64,000 nt of DNA from Candidatus Gottesmanbacteria bacterium (GTDB taxonomy: Bacteria; Patescibacteriota; Microgenomatia; UBA10105; UBA927): NCBI GenBank assembly GCA_963701185.1, contig OY969569.1, positions 181,735-245,734 of the forward strand, written 5' to 3'. Of this stretch, positions 1 to 10,292 are shown piece by piece; within the stretch, counting starts at the first letter, position 1, and every line of letters starts with the position of its first letter. Both the position numbers and the translations under genes were made by a program. The notes under the pieces were generated by a model. That model had not been told where the DNA came from. It did not search any database and saw only the letters and a program-made list of their open reading frames with translations.

Positions 1-544
1 GATTTTTCGGAAACCGATAGAGTTCGTATTCAGATGTGGAAAACAACGGGCGGTATTGTTTATGAAAGTCCTTGGGGTTGGTAGCGTTTCCGTAAACAAA
101 CCAGGTAAAAGGATCGGTAAATAGGTACCCGAGATATCTGTCGATAGGATTTGAATCCGGGGCGGGTGCGGTTTGAGGAAGAAAGCCCATAACTTCAGGA
201 TGTTTGCGATAGACGTTTACAACTGCGGATATAAACGTCTTCGTTGATAGGACATTATCCGAATCCGTATAAAAAAAGAGTGATCCTTTAGCTATTTTTG
301 CTGCGGCTGTTTTTCCGTATTCCTGATATATGTTTGGATTGTGTAATATCGTTGCGCTATATTTGCGTGCAAGTCGTACTGTTTTATCCGTGGAACCCCC
401 ATCGGCGATAATTATTTCTATCAGCTTTTGAGGATACAGTTGAGTTCGAATAGAAGAAAGACAGAAAGGTAAACTTTTCTCCGCATTCAGGGTGGGGATT
501 ATAAAAGAGACTATCGGGAGACTAGAAGTTCTGTTTGCTTTCAT
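1..544 (-). CDS. family 2 glycosyltransferase (GT-A fold), N-terminal part only; the C-terminus lies beyond the window start
   Basis: Reverse-complement translation from the ATG (complement of 542-544) reads MKANRTSSLPIVSFIIPTLNAEKSL...IIADGGSTDKT...FFYTDSDNVL, a GT2 N-terminal domain with a DSD (DxD) motif. It is a paralogue of ORF 9279..10292. It is absent from the ORF track because it runs off the window edge. Confidence 0.65.
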   Translation of the reverse strand, partial: MKANRTSSLPIVSFIIPTLNAEKSLPFCLSSIRTQLYPQKLIEIIIADGGSTDKTVRLARKYSATILHNPNIYQEYGKTAAAKIAKGSLFFYTDSDNVLSTKTFISAVVNVYRKHPEVMGFLPQTAPAPDSNPIDRYLGYLFTDPFTWFVYGNATNPKDFHKQYRPLFSTSEYELYRFPKN

Positions 545-593
545 GATTTCGTGAATTATAGTTGTATGAAGTAAAATAGCATGTGTATTATAC

Positions 594-1715
594 ATGAACG
601 GACATATGACTCAAAGAAAAAAGTTTATTTATCAGAACATCATACTGCAAAGTAGTTATCAAACGGTCGGACACGTCGGTGAATATTTTATTCAAAGAAC
701 ACACGATTTGATTGTTATGTATTCTATGCCCCGTATGCAAAATCATCCGAATGATATTTATCTATATGAAAAAGGGAAACTCGTAAATATTATCCATAAG
801 CCCGGCTCATCTCATCCATTACTGTATTATCTCTATTGGCTATTGGCATATTGGTTTATCTTAATCACCGTATGCAAAAAGAAAGAAGAATGGATTGTGC
901 TTGCCGGCCACCCGATTTTTTTCTTTTTTATGCCTCTACAAAAAATGATTCGTAATATAAGATTTGCTTATTGGGTTGGTGATTACTTCCCCGGAAACAA
1001 TTGGAAAATCCGTCTCTATGAAAAACTCAAAAAACATTACCATGACGCTATTCCGATTGGTTATTATTTATCTGATCGGATTAATGAGCGTTTGAATAGA
1101 GGAATCGTTCAAAATAGTAGCTATAGAAGAACTGTGGCATGGGGAATGAAACGATTCCCGGTGAAGGAAAAAGATTTGGAAAAAAGGTGGATGGCATTTA
1201 TCGGGGTTATTAAACCTAGTCAGAATATAGAAACAGTTCTCACGTATTTATATAAAAACCCGCAATGGAGGCTTAAGCTTATAGGTGTTTGTGAAAAGGA
1301 TTATTATCTGAAGCTAAGAAAAATCATTTCGCGGTACTCGCTCGAACACCGCGTATGGTTTCCAAATAAGTTTCTTCCGGAAAAACAACTACTGACGGAA
1401 TTAGACGGTTGTCTTATGGGACTAGCATTGTATAAGGGCGGCAAGAACCAATTCACATGGTATACGGATCCGGGGAAAATCAAAACATATTTGGAATTTA
1501 ATTTACCGGTTATTATGACCGATTCAGCTTCAATAGCGAAAGATATAATCAGATTTCACTCCGGAGAAGTTATGAAGGGACGATCCATGGACTATTATAT
1601 ACAGAGAATTATTTCAAATTACCCTTTGTATCAAAAAGGAGTGCGGGATATAACCAGTCATTACGAATATTCCAAATATTATGATGATCATTTTGTTGCT
1701 CTACGGCGTGGTTAG
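594..1715 (+). CDS. putative GT-B fold glycosyltransferase (weak assignment)
   Basis: The C-terminal half (AFIGVI...LKLIGVCEKDYYLKL...VWFPNKFLPEKQLLTELDGCLMGLALY...NLPVIMTD) resembles the nucleotide-binding domain of GT4/GT-B enzymes. The N-terminal half has no recognisable motif. Confidence 0.4.
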   Translation: MNGHMTQRKKFIYQNIILQSSYQTVGHVGEYFIQRTHDLIVMYSMPRMQNHPNDIYLYEKGKLVNIIHKPGSSHPLLYYLYWLLAYWFILITVCKKKEEWIVLAGHPIFFFFMPLQKMIRNIRFAYWVGDYFPGNNWKIRLYEKLKKHYHDAIPIGYYLSDRINERLNRGIVQNSSYRRTVAWGMKRFPVKEKDLEKRWMAFIGVIKPSQNIETVLTYLYKNPQWRLKLIGVCEKDYYLKLRKIISRYSLEHRVWFPNKFLPEKQLLTELDGCLMGLALYKGGKNQFTWYTDPGKIKTYLEFNLPVIMTDSASIAKDIIRFHSGEVMKGRSMDYYIQRIISNYPLYQKGVRDITSHYEYSKYYDDHFVALRRG

Positions 1716-1734
1716 TATATAATACCGGTACTTT

Positions 1735-2511
1735 ATGAAAACAGTAATACTATGTGGTGGAATAGGCTATAGACTCAAAGAAGAAACCGAATTCAAGCCC
1801 AAGCCTATGGTATTGGTGGGAAATAAACCTATTCTGTGGCATATCATGAAAATATATGCACACTATGGGTTTAATGAGTTTATCATTGCCCTCGGGTATA
1901 AAGGAGATTTGATTAAAGAGTATTTTTTAAACCAAAAATATTTCGCACAAAATTTTACATTATATACAAAATCGGGTTCAACGGTTTTTCATAAGAATTT
2001 TTATACCACTGACAATTTCAAAATTACGTTTGTTGATACAGGAGAAGGCACGCTTCCGGGGGAAAGAATAATACGGGTGAAAGATTATATCCCGAAAGCG
2101 GATAAAGATTTTATGGTTACATACGGAGACGGGGTGTCCAATATTAATATCCGCCAGCTAGTTAATTTTCATAGGAAACAAAAAACGATTGGAACCATAA
2201 CCGGTGTGTATCCGAAAAGTAAATATGGAATGGTGCGGCAGAACATTAAACATATAGTAACAGAGTTTGTAGAAAAACCCGTATTACAGGATTGGGTAAA
2301 TGGAGGGTTTATGGTATTTAACCAAAAAGTTTTTAATTACCTGAGGCCGGCAGAATATGAGCATGAAGCATTAAAAAGACTTATCAAAGAACGTGAATTA
2401 TCTCTTTTCGTCCATAAAGGTTTTTGGCAGTCGATGGATACGTATTCTGATCTTGAACATCTTAATCTTTTATGGAAACAGAATCCGGAATGGAGAGTAT
2501 GGAAAGTTTAA
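1735..2511 (+). CDS. rfbF: glucose-1-phosphate cytidylyltransferase (CDP-glucose pyrophosphorylase)
   Basis: The N-terminus MKTVILCGGIGYRLKEETEFKPKPMVLVGNKPILWHIMKIYAHYGFNEFIIALGYKG matches the RfbF/DdhA signature (G-G-x-G-T-R-L, KPKPMV, KPILWHIM) almost residue for residue, and the 258-aa length is typical. Confidence 0.9.
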   Translation: MKTVILCGGIGYRLKEETEFKPKPMVLVGNKPILWHIMKIYAHYGFNEFIIALGYKGDLIKEYFLNQKYFAQNFTLYTKSGSTVFHKNFYTTDNFKITFVDTGEGTLPGERIIRVKDYIPKADKDFMVTYGDGVSNINIRQLVNFHRKQKTIGTITGVYPKSKYGMVRQNIKHIVTEFVEKPVLQDWVNGGFMVFNQKVFNYLRPAEYEHEALKRLIKERELSLFVHKGFWQSMDTYSDLEHLNLLWKQNPEWRVWKV

Positions 2512-3464
2512 CAGGGAAAAATATTTTAGTTACCGGAGGTACGGGTTTTGTCGGCAGCCATCTCGTTGAGGCTCTGATTAAGCTTGGGTCAACTGTTATC
2601 GTACCCTACCGCAGTATAGATCCGCGGTCTTACTTTTCGGCCCAGAAGCTTCATAAGAATACGATCATGGTGCAAGGCGATGTTAAGAATTTTCAGGAAG
2701 TATTTGATATTGTGACAAAATACGAAATTGAATATATTTTTCATTTGGCTGCCCAGGCGATCGTTACGACTGCATATCATAATCCACTGGAAGCCTTTCA
2801 GACGAACATCATCGGCACGGCAAATATTCTGGAAGCCGCGCGGCTCTATGGAAAAGTGAAAGGGATCGTTATTGCATCTTCCGATAAAGCATACGGAAAA
2901 AGCGATAAGCCGTATAAAGAATCGGATGCGCTAAGGGGGGATCATCCATACGAGGTTTCTAAATCAGCGGCTGATCTTATTTCGCAGACCTATTATAAGA
3001 CCTATAAATTACCGGTAGTTATAACACGGTTTGGAAATATCTACGGGGAAGGCGATCTTAATTTTTCAAGAATTATTCCCGGAGTCATGAAATCACTTAT
3101 AACAAAAGAAGAATTGGTATTAAGAAGCGACGGAACCCATGTCCGTGACTACGTTTATGTGAAAGATGTTGTAAGAGGTTATCTCTTTTTGCTTGGTAAT
3201 ATAGACAAAATTAAAGGAGAAGCATTTAATTTGTCTTCGAACGATACATATTCTGTTTTAGATGTCATTAAACATATCGGTAAAAAATTGAATAAAAAAA
3301 TTTCTTATACTATAGCCAATTCAGCCAAAAACGAAATACCATATCAACATCTCTCATACGAAAAAATACATAAACTTGGCTGGAGGCCGATATATTCTAT
3401 TGATTCCACACTTGTTCCAGTTAAAAGCTGGTACAAAAAAACTATCAGGGAAATTTCGACGTGA
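2472..3464 (+). CDS. rfbG: CDP-glucose 4,6-dehydratase (SDR family)
   Basis: LTGKNILVTGGTGFVGSHL aligns with WQGKRVFVTGHTGFKG, FHLAAQAIVTTAYHNPLEAFQTNIIGTANILEA with FHMAAQPLVRLSYSEPVETYSTNVMGTVYLLEA, and HPYEVSK with DPYSNSK (YxxxK), all against enterobacterial DdhB/RfbG. The 3' end of rfbF is overlapped; the real start may be ATG 2490 or 2499. Confidence 0.85.
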   Translation: METESGMESMESLTGKNILVTGGTGFVGSHLVEALIKLGSTVIVPYRSIDPRSYFSAQKLHKNTIMVQGDVKNFQEVFDIVTKYEIEYIFHLAAQAIVTTAYHNPLEAFQTNIIGTANILEAARLYGKVKGIVIASSDKAYGKSDKPYKESDALRGDHPYEVSKSAADLISQTYYKTYKLPVVITRFGNIYGEGDLNFSRIIPGVMKSLITKEELVLRSDGTHVRDYVYVKDVVRGYLFLLGNIDKIKGEAFNLSSNDTYSVLDVIKHIGKKLNKKISYTIANSAKNEIPYQHLSYEKIHKLGWRPIYSIDSTLVPVKSWYKKTIREIST

Positions 3465-3471
3465 TTTTTGA

Positions 3472-4395
3472 ATGAATACTATGAAGAATTCAAATGGTTA
3501 TGCCCGTGATTCTAAAGTGAAAGTAGGAATAATCGGCACTGGAAATATCGGAACGGATTTGCTTGTAAAAATTCTTCGATCGAAATTACTCGAGTGCGCT
3601 ATCTTTACCGGGAAAAATATTAACTCGAAGGGTATGAAAAAAGCGAGGGCGTTAGGAGTGCGAACGTCTGATAAATCAATTTCTATAATAGAGCAGAACC
3701 CTGATTTGTGCGAGATTGTATTCGATGCTACTTCCGCGGAATCTCATGCGAAGCACGCACCGATTCTTAAAAAAATGGGTAAGTTTGTTATTGATATGAC
3801 TCCGTCCCGTATCGGGAAAATGTGTGTTCCAATGGTTAATTTAAAGGAAAGTCTAAATGAGTCAAATGTAAATATGGTGACCTGTGGAGGCCAAGCAACT
3901 ATTCCTATCGCGATAGCCATGAAGACAATTCATCCGGAAATTGAGTATCTTGAAATTGTATCCAGCATAGCATCGAAGTCTGCCGGAATCGGAACACGAA
4001 ACAATATTGATGAATATACTCAAACGACAAGCGATGGAATAAAGAAATTCGCAGGAATTCCTTCTACAAAAGCAATAATTATTTTAAATCCTGCTGACCC
4101 GCCGATTCTCATGCATAATACTATATATGCTTCGATACATAATCCCGATATTTCTGCATTAGATAAAGAAATACGACGAGTCGTTCGTGAAATCAAAAAA
4201 TATGTTCCTGGGTATCAGTTGGTATTAGGTCCGGTACATGAGAATAATAGAGTTACAGTAATGATAGAAGTTGTTGGTATGGGTGATTATTTACCTGTTT
4301 ATGCAGGCAATTTAGATATTATCAATCATGCTGCTATTCGGGTTGCAGAGGAGTATGTACGACATGAGCTAGCGAAATCGGGGAGCCATCAATGA
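3472..4395 (+). CDS. acetaldehyde dehydrogenase (acetylating), DmpF/MhpF/BphJ family
   Basis: VKVGIIGTGNIGTDLLVKILRS...FDATSAESHAKHA...NMVTCGGQATIPIA...SSIASKSAGIGTRNNIDEYTQTT...AIIILNPADPPILMHNTI...YVPGYQLV...GDYLPVYAGNLDI is a near-collinear match to acylating acetaldehyde dehydrogenases of meta-cleavage pathways. It is translationally coupled (ATGA) to the downstream aldolase, as in dmpFG. Confidence 0.85.
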   Translation: MNTMKNSNGYARDSKVKVGIIGTGNIGTDLLVKILRSKLLECAIFTGKNINSKGMKKARALGVRTSDKSISIIEQNPDLCEIVFDATSAESHAKHAPILKKMGKFVIDMTPSRIGKMCVPMVNLKESLNESNVNMVTCGGQATIPIAIAMKTIHPEIEYLEIVSSIASKSAGIGTRNNIDEYTQTTSDGIKKFAGIPSTKAIIILNPADPPILMHNTIYASIHNPDISALDKEIRRVVREIKKYVPGYQLVLGPVHENNRVTVMIEVVGMGDYLPVYAGNLDIINHAAIRVAEEYVRHELAKSGSHQ

Positions 4396-5402
4396 AAAAC
4401 GACATCATAATTATCGACTCTACATTGCGGGACGGTTCACATGCGATGCGTCATCAGCTGACAAAGGAACATATTCGTGATTATGCAAGAGGTGCAGAAT
4501 TAGCAAACACAAAAATTTTGGTAGTCGGGCACGGTATGGGCCTTGGGGCCTCTTCGCTTCAGCAAGGAAAATCACTCTTGTCAGATAGGGAAATGCTTTT
4601 TACTGCAAAAAAACAGCTAAAGAAAACAAAATTGGGTGTGTTTTTTATTCCCGGCTACGGAACGATAAAAAATGACATAGAACCTATTCTTTCTGTTGGG
4701 ATTGATGTCATTATGATAGCCTCGCATTGTACAGAAGCCAATGTTACGAGAGAACATATCCAATATTCCATTCGTAAAGGAATAAAAGTTTATGGAGTGT
4801 TAATGATGTCTCATATGGTTTCAGCTAAGATACTTCTGGAACAATCAAAATTAATGCAGGAATACGGGGTAAGCGGCGTTTTATTAATGGATTCAGCGGG
4901 TGCATATCTGCCAAAAGATGTGGCAAAAAACATCCGTACTCTTACGAGAGGTTTAAAAATTGACGTTGGTTACCATGCCCATAACAATTTAGGGTTGGCG
5001 GTTTCAAATTCCGTGATAGCCGTCGAAAACGGGGCAAAAATTATTGACGCGTGCTCACGGGGACTGGGGGCAGGAGCAGGAAATTGCCAGCTGGAAGTAC
5101 TGGTTGGTGTTCTTACCAAATTAGGATACAAGACGGGACTGGATTTATATACGTTAATGGATAACAGCGAAAATATTATCGCTAAGATAATGTTAAAACC
5201 TTTGGAAATTAATCACATTACGCTTATGGGAGGCATTACCGGCGTTGTGTCCGCGTTTGCCCCCCATGTGTTAAAAGCAGCCCAAAGATTCCATGTTGAT
5301 CCGCGAGACATATTAATACAATTAGGAAAACGACAGGTCGTAGGTGGTCAGGAGGATATTATTATTGACGTTGCTATGCAATTAAGCAAAAAAAGGAAAT
5401 AG
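4392..5402 (+). CDS. 4-hydroxy-2-oxovalerate aldolase-like (DRE-TIM metallolyase, DmpG/MhpE/BphI family)
   Basis: IIDSTLRDGSHAMRHQLT (DmpG: DVTLRDGSHAIRHQYT), IASHCTEANVTREHIQY (VATHCTEADVSKQHIEY), LMMSHM, HAHNNLGLAVSNSVIAVENGA, GLGAGAGNCQLEV, GLDLYTLMD and the C-terminal communication domain ending ...LGKRQVVGGQEDIIIDVA all match. Confidence 0.85.
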   Translation: MKNDIIIIDSTLRDGSHAMRHQLTKEHIRDYARGAELANTKILVVGHGMGLGASSLQQGKSLLSDREMLFTAKKQLKKTKLGVFFIPGYGTIKNDIEPILSVGIDVIMIASHCTEANVTREHIQYSIRKGIKVYGVLMMSHMVSAKILLEQSKLMQEYGVSGVLLMDSAGAYLPKDVAKNIRTLTRGLKIDVGYHAHNNLGLAVSNSVIAVENGAKIIDACSRGLGAGAGNCQLEVLVGVLTKLGYKTGLDLYTLMDNSENIIAKIMLKPLEINHITLMGGITGVVSAFAPHVLKAAQRFHVDPRDILIQLGKRQVVGGQEDIIIDVAMQLSKKRK

Positions 5403-5411
5403 GATATCACT

Positions 5412-7214
5412 ATGGTTCGCGTTGCAGATTATATTATTACTTTTCTTTATTCAATCGGGATACGTGAGATATTCGTTATGACCGGGGGTGGAAGCATGTA
5501 TCTTAATGATGCGCTTGGGCGCCACAAAAAAATGAAATACGTTTGTCAACATCACGAACAATCGTGTGCTACTGCTGCGGATGCATATGCGAGAGTAACG
5601 GAAAACATCGGAGCAGCGATGGTTACTACCGGTCCTGCTTCTACGAATGCAATCACGGGAGCGTTAAGCGCTTGGTTCGATTCTGTACCCATGATAGTCG
5701 TTTCAGGCCAAGCAAAAAGAAAAGACGCATCATATAATTCCGGTATTCCCGGCCTACGGCAGTTAGGGGTTCAAGAACTGAATATTATCCCTCTTATTAG
5801 TAGTATTACGAAATATTGCATTACGCTGAACGAGCCCGAAAAGATTCGTTATGTTCTTGAAAAAGCAAAATATATGGCGATGTCAGGGAGACCTGGGCCA
5901 GTCTGGATTGATGTTCCTCTCGATGTTCAGAGTGCTCTTGTAGATCCAAAACGATTGCAGCGTTTTTTGATTCCTCATACAAAGAACAATAAAAAAAAAG
6001 CGTTGTTGAAACAAAATGTGAGATATGTAATAGATTCCTTATTGCATGCAAAAAAGCCATTATTCATTGCGGGAAACGGCATTAAATGTTCCCACGCTCA
6101 AAAGTGGTTTATTGAATTAATAGAAAAGCTACAGATTCCGGTTGTTACATCAAACATGGGAATAGATTTGATCGGTTATGATAATCCTTTAAATCTGGGA
6201 ATGGGCGGAATTAAAGGGCAAAGATCCGCAAATATTGCGATGCAAAACGCAGATTTATTGATAAGTATTGGTAATCGTCTAAGTATTCCTTTTATTGGAT
6301 ATGAGTATGATAAATTTGCACCACAGGCAAAAAAAATAGTTATAGATATTGATCGAACGGATCATAAAAAGAAGACAATTCATATTGATAAATTTATTCT
6401 GGCTGACGCCGGCGAATTTATTGAACAAATGATACAAATGTCTGGAGAAGCATCATTTTCCTTCAAAAGTAATTGGGTAAAGAACTGCTCTGCGATAAAG
6501 TACAGATATCCGGTGTGCTTGCCCGCGTACGCAAATGAAAAGGGAGATATGAACATGTATTATGTCGTAAATGAGATAGCTTCACGTCTGACTAAGTCGG
6601 ACGTAATCGTCGCAGACGCAGGTTCTGCATATTACGTTACTCCACAAGCACTTAAAATCAAACTCGGTCAGAAACTAATTTTACCCGGAGGGGCAGCTCA
6701 TATGGGGTATAATCTTCCCGCGAGCGTCGGCGCGAGCGTCGGTTTGCATAAGAAACGGGTTATTTGTATAACCGGCGACGGGTCGTTACAAACAAATATC
6801 CATGATTTACAGACCATAGCTTTTTATAAACTTCCCGTTAAAATATTTGTTTTCAATAATAAGGGCTATCTGTCGATAAGAAATACCCAACGGTCTCTTT
6901 TTCAAAATCTAAGAGTAGGAGAAAGCGAAAATACGGGACTATCTTTCCCGGATTTGAAAAAGATCTCGTATGCGTATGGGATAACGTATGTATTGGTAAA
7001 AAATAAAAAGAATTTACGGACTGTCCTTCCAAAAATACTTGAAACTAATAAACCGGTTATATGCGATATCCAATGTTTATACGAGCAGGAAATTATTCCG
7101 TCTGTTTCGTCTAAAAAATTGCCGGATGGCACCATGGTTTCGTCAACTATCGATGATATGTTTCCTTTTTTGCCGGCCAAAGAGATGAAAAAAATAAGGA
7201 AAGATTTGCAGTGA
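5412..7214 (+). CDS. thiamine-diphosphate-dependent enzyme of the acetolactate-synthase family (YerE-like candidate)
   Basis: The N-terminal Pyr domain (HEQSCATAADAYARVTENIGAAMVTTGPASTNAITGALSAWFDSVPMIVVSGQ; compare ALS [47 protein letters not shown]), RPGPVWIDVPLDV, a central domain and a C-terminal PP domain (GSLQTNIHDLQT, GDG...N) fit the ALS/YerE architecture at 600 aa. Confidence 0.75.
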   Translation: MVRVADYIITFLYSIGIREIFVMTGGGSMYLNDALGRHKKMKYVCQHHEQSCATAADAYARVTENIGAAMVTTGPASTNAITGALSAWFDSVPMIVVSGQAKRKDASYNSGIPGLRQLGVQELNIIPLISSITKYCITLNEPEKIRYVLEKAKYMAMSGRPGPVWIDVPLDVQSALVDPKRLQRFLIPHTKNNKKKALLKQNVRYVIDSLLHAKKPLFIAGNGIKCSHAQKWFIELIEKLQIPVVTSNMGIDLIGYDNPLNLGMGGIKGQRSANIAMQNADLLISIGNRLSIPFIGYEYDKFAPQAKKIVIDIDRTDHKKKTIHIDKFILADAGEFIEQMIQMSGEASFSFKSNWVKNCSAIKYRYPVCLPAYANEKGDMNMYYVVNEIASRLTKSDVIVADAGSAYYVTPQALKIKLGQKLILPGGAAHMGYNLPASVGASVGLHKKRVICITGDGSLQTNIHDLQTIAFYKLPVKIFVFNNKGYLSIRNTQRSLFQNLRVGESENTGLSFPDLKKISYAYGITYVLVKNKKNLRTVLPKILETNKPVICDIQCLYEQEIIPSVSSKKLPDGTMVSSTIDDMFPFLPAKEMKKIRKDLQ

Positions 7215-7220
7215 TCTCTT

Positions 7221-8384
7221 ATGCTATTACAAAATGTTCCTCCACCGGATGAAATATTTCAGCTACATAAAGAGTTTCTCGTTGATCCCAGACGCAATAA
7301 AATTAACGGAGGAATCGGAGTTTTTCTCGACAATCTGGGAAATCCGTACGTGTTGCCTGCAGTTGGCAACGCAATTAAGTCTTTAACGTTTAGCAATTTT
7401 AATTATTTGCCGATTTCCGGCGAGCCGATATTCTTAGAAGAATCAACAAGACTTGTTTTTGGCAGTCTTCATTTTTTGCAATACAAAGAATATATTGCAA
7501 AGCAGGCAGTCGTAGGCGGTACGAACGGGCTTTATATTTGGGGAAGCACGATTGCGGACTCGGAATCAACACCAAAAATTATTATCGGCAGCCCATCTTG
7601 GGAAAACCATGTGAATGTATTTACCCGTCTTGGATTTCAAATTATTGGATACAATCATCTTGATAATGATAAGAAATTCAATTATGAAGGGTTACAAAAA
7701 ACTCTGGCACAGAATCCGGAAGCGTACGTTCTTTTTCACGGCGGACCTACCCATAACCCCACCGGTATCAATCCCAGTATAAGTCAGTGGGTACAGTTAA
7801 AAAATATTCTTAAGTCATCGCAAAATAAAGTTTTATTTGATTTTGCGTATATGGGATTGGGAGACAGCATTCAGTCAGACAGATTCCCCGTCAAGTTATT
7901 CACCGAAGCAAAAATACCATTATCTGTAATAATTTCATATTCCAAGAATATGAGTTTATATCAGCATAGGGTAGGGGCCATTTTAACTGTATGCAGGTCA
8001 AAAAAAGAAAAAGAAATACAAGAGAAATATTACACTAATGTTTTCCGTATTGTTAATTCTAATCCTCCTGCATTCGGCGAACACATTGCTAAAACGATCC
8101 TACTATCACGTTATTTAAAAGATGAGTGGTTTAATAATATAAAAAGCATGGTGCGTAATTTACGTGAGCGGCGTAAAGTTTTTGCGCGGTATGCTGGAAA
8201 AAGGTTTGAGCACGTTACCCGGGAAAAAGGATTATATAGTCTTCTTGATATACGAAAAGATCAGGTTCTGGCTCTAAAGAAGGACTATGGCATATATCTT
8301 TTGTCAAACGGAAGAATAAATTTCGGTGGAATTTCCTTGCCGGACATTCAAAAGGTAGCAGAATCTGTCAGGGATCTTTTTTAA
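7221..8384 (+). CDS. class I (aspartate/aromatic, AspC/TyrB-type) PLP aminotransferase
   Basis: KINGGIGVFLDNLGNPYVLP (AspAT: KINLGIGVYKDETGKTPVL), SPSWENHVNVF (NPSWPNHKSVF), LFHGGPTHNPTGINPS (LFHGCCHNPTGIDP), LFDFAYMGLG (LFDFAYQGFA), the catalytic lysine in ISYSKNMSLYQHRVGA (SSYSKNFGLYNERVGA), and SNPPAFGEHIA (SNPPAHGASVV). Confidence 0.8.
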   Translation: MLLQNVPPPDEIFQLHKEFLVDPRRNKINGGIGVFLDNLGNPYVLPAVGNAIKSLTFSNFNYLPISGEPIFLEESTRLVFGSLHFLQYKEYIAKQAVVGGTNGLYIWGSTIADSESTPKIIIGSPSWENHVNVFTRLGFQIIGYNHLDNDKKFNYEGLQKTLAQNPEAYVLFHGGPTHNPTGINPSISQWVQLKNILKSSQNKVLFDFAYMGLGDSIQSDRFPVKLFTEAKIPLSVIISYSKNMSLYQHRVGAILTVCRSKKEKEIQEKYYTNVFRIVNSNPPAFGEHIAKTILLSRYLKDEWFNNIKSMVRNLRERRKVFARYAGKRFEHVTREKGLYSLLDIRKDQVLALKKDYGIYLLSNGRINFGGISLPDIQKVAESVRDLF

Positions 8385-8388
8385 AAGT

Positions 8389-9258
8389 ATGAATATACTA
8401 ATCACAGGAGCGTCTGGTTTTATAGGCAAAAATTTAACAAAATATTTATCAACACAATATCATTTGTTTACACCGACGCATGAACAGCTAGATCTGTTGA
8501 ATGAAGACAAAGTATTGCGGTTCTTTAAAAAACAGAAAATTGACACTGTTATTCATTGTGCAGTTATTGGCGGAAATAGAAAAGACCAGCATGTTGAGAA
8601 CATGTTTTATGATAACATGCGTATTTTTTTTAATATTGCCCGGTGCAATAAACATTTTTCGCGAATGATAAATATCGGGTCCGGAGCTGAATACGATAAA
8701 CGTTTTCCGATTAAGAAAGCTAAAGAAGATGATTTTGGAAAACGTATTCCGGCCGATGAGTATGGTTTATATAAGTATATTTGTGCACAGCATATCGCTG
8801 AAACAAACAATATTGTGGACCTTCGGGTTTTTGGCGTGTTTGGTGAAGGGGAAGATTATCGGCACAGATTTATATCGAATATTATCTGTAGGATAATATT
8901 CGATCTGCCTATCGTAATTAACCAGGATTTATATTTTGACTATATTGACGTACGCGACGTCGTAAAAATTATAGACCATTTTATTATGCATGAACCACGA
9001 TATAGGGCATATAATATAGGAACAGGAGTTCGAAGAAACTTAAAAAACATTGCGCTTGAGATAAATACAGCAGTTTCTAGGCAAAAGAAAATTATTATCA
9101 AAAAAAGAGGACTCGGTCGGGAGTATACGGCGGATATTTCCCGTTTAAAAAAGGAACTCCTTTTATTACATTTTACTCCATTTACACGGTCAATAGAGGA
9201 TTTATATCAATGGTATTTGACGAGGAAAAAGCAGATTGAACCGGACAGTTTACTCTAA
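8389..9258 (+). CDS. NAD(P)-dependent sugar-nucleotide 4-keto reductase/epimerase (GDP-fucose-synthase-like SDR; alternatively Abe/Prt/YerF-like)
   Basis: MNILITGASGFIGKNL (Rossmann GxxGxxG), then TPTHEQLDLLNEDKVLRFFKKQKIDTVIHCAVIGGN, which parallels Fcl ([36 protein letters not shown]), and YGLYKY (YxxxK). The length is 289 aa. Confidence 0.65.
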   Translation: MNILITGASGFIGKNLTKYLSTQYHLFTPTHEQLDLLNEDKVLRFFKKQKIDTVIHCAVIGGNRKDQHVENMFYDNMRIFFNIARCNKHFSRMINIGSGAEYDKRFPIKKAKEDDFGKRIPADEYGLYKYICAQHIAETNNIVDLRVFGVFGEGEDYRHRFISNIICRIIFDLPIVINQDLYFDYIDVRDVVKIIDHFIMHEPRYRAYNIGTGVRRNLKNIALEINTAVSRQKKIIIKKRGLGREYTADISRLKKELLLLHFTPFTRSIEDLYQWYLTRKKQIEPDSLL

Positions 9259-9278
9259 TTTATTGTCCAGATGAATTT

Positions 9279-10292
9279 ATGAAAGCACCATCAATTACGA
9301 TTTTAACGGCGACATTAAATCCTCAAATTTCTACATTTAAAAGGATGCTGGAATCAATAAAAGAACAGAGGTACCACGGTTATATTGAACATATTATATT
9401 GGACGGCGGAAGCAAAAACGGTTCTATGGAATTAGCAAAACAATATGGGTGTAAGATTTTGATTTTTAGAAATTCTATACATGAGGGGGAGAGCCGAATG
9501 TATAAAGGGATTCATGCATGCCATGGGGAAATTCTTTTACTTCTGGAATCCGATAATTTTTTGGTTGGCTCGGATTGGATGTCGCGACTAACGGAGCCGT
9601 TCAAAAATTCAAAAGTTTTTTCCACATATCCGGCGTATAACAATTTTGAGAAACATATGAATATTCTTACGCGGTACACGGCTTTAATAGGAGCACCGGA
9701 GCCGACGCTATTTTATCTAAAGAAATCGGATAAAATTCCGCGTATTCAAGCATCCTACGACAAGGGAACAATTTTATCAGAGAATAGTCGTTATTACACA
9801 GTGAAATTTAATTCTCTCAATCTTCCCACTATGGGAGATAACGGGTTTATGGTCAGGAAGAAAGTACTGAATAAAGTTATCTTTAAAAGTAGAATGTATT
9901 TTCATACCGATGCATTCCGAATGCTATTGGATCTCGGATATGATACATACGGAGTAACAAAGAATTCCATCATACACACCACAAAATCTAATATGGTACA
10001 TACAGTGATGCGCAGAATTCAGGTAAAACGGCATTTTTCCGATGATTTGCGGGGTACAAGAAAATATCTGGTTTTTAACTGGCACTCGGCGGAAGATTGG
10101 CTCCGACTAGTCGTTTACATAATTTTTAGTTTGACATTGATTCAACCATTATTCTTTTCTATCCGCGGATATAAGAAAATTCCGGACATTGCATGGTTTC
10201 TCCATCCAGTTATGTGCTTTGTTATGGTGATAGGATATATGATTTCCGAAGTTGAATATCAAATAAAAAATATATCTAAAAAACTGATATGA
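9279..10292 (+). CDS. family 2 glycosyltransferase with a C-terminal membrane anchor
   Basis: ITILTATLNPQISTFKRMLESIKEQRYHGYIEHIILDGGSKNGSMELAKQYG...LLLESDNFL is a GT2 GT-A domain with an E-S-D (DxD-type) motif. The C-terminal 60 aa are hydrophobic (LRLVVYIIFSLTLIQPLFF...FVMVIGYMI). It is paralogous to the partial gene at 1-544. Confidence 0.7.
   Translation: MKAPSITILTATLNPQISTFKRMLESIKEQRYHGYIEHIILDGGSKNGSMELAKQYGCKILIFRNSIHEGESRMYKGIHACHGEILLLLESDNFLVGSDWMSRLTEPFKNSKVFSTYPAYNNFEKHMNILTRYTALIGAPEPTLFYLKKSDKIPRIQASYDKGTILSENSRYYTVKFNSLNLPTMGDNGFMVRKKVLNKVIFKSRMYFHTDAFRMLLDLGYDTYGVTKNSIIHTTKSNMVHTVMRRIQVKRHFSDDLRGTRKYLVFNWHSAEDWLRLVVYIIFSLTLIQPLFFSIRGYKKIPDIAWFLHPVMCFVMVIGYMISEVEYQIKNISKKLI

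Noticed and set aside
5543-5737. Small track ORFs nested inside well-supported genes (for example 5543..5737, 2589..2780 minus, 8607..8810 minus, 17008..17211)
   Set aside because: Each lies wholly within a gene whose product aligns end-to-end with a known enzyme family. No independent support.
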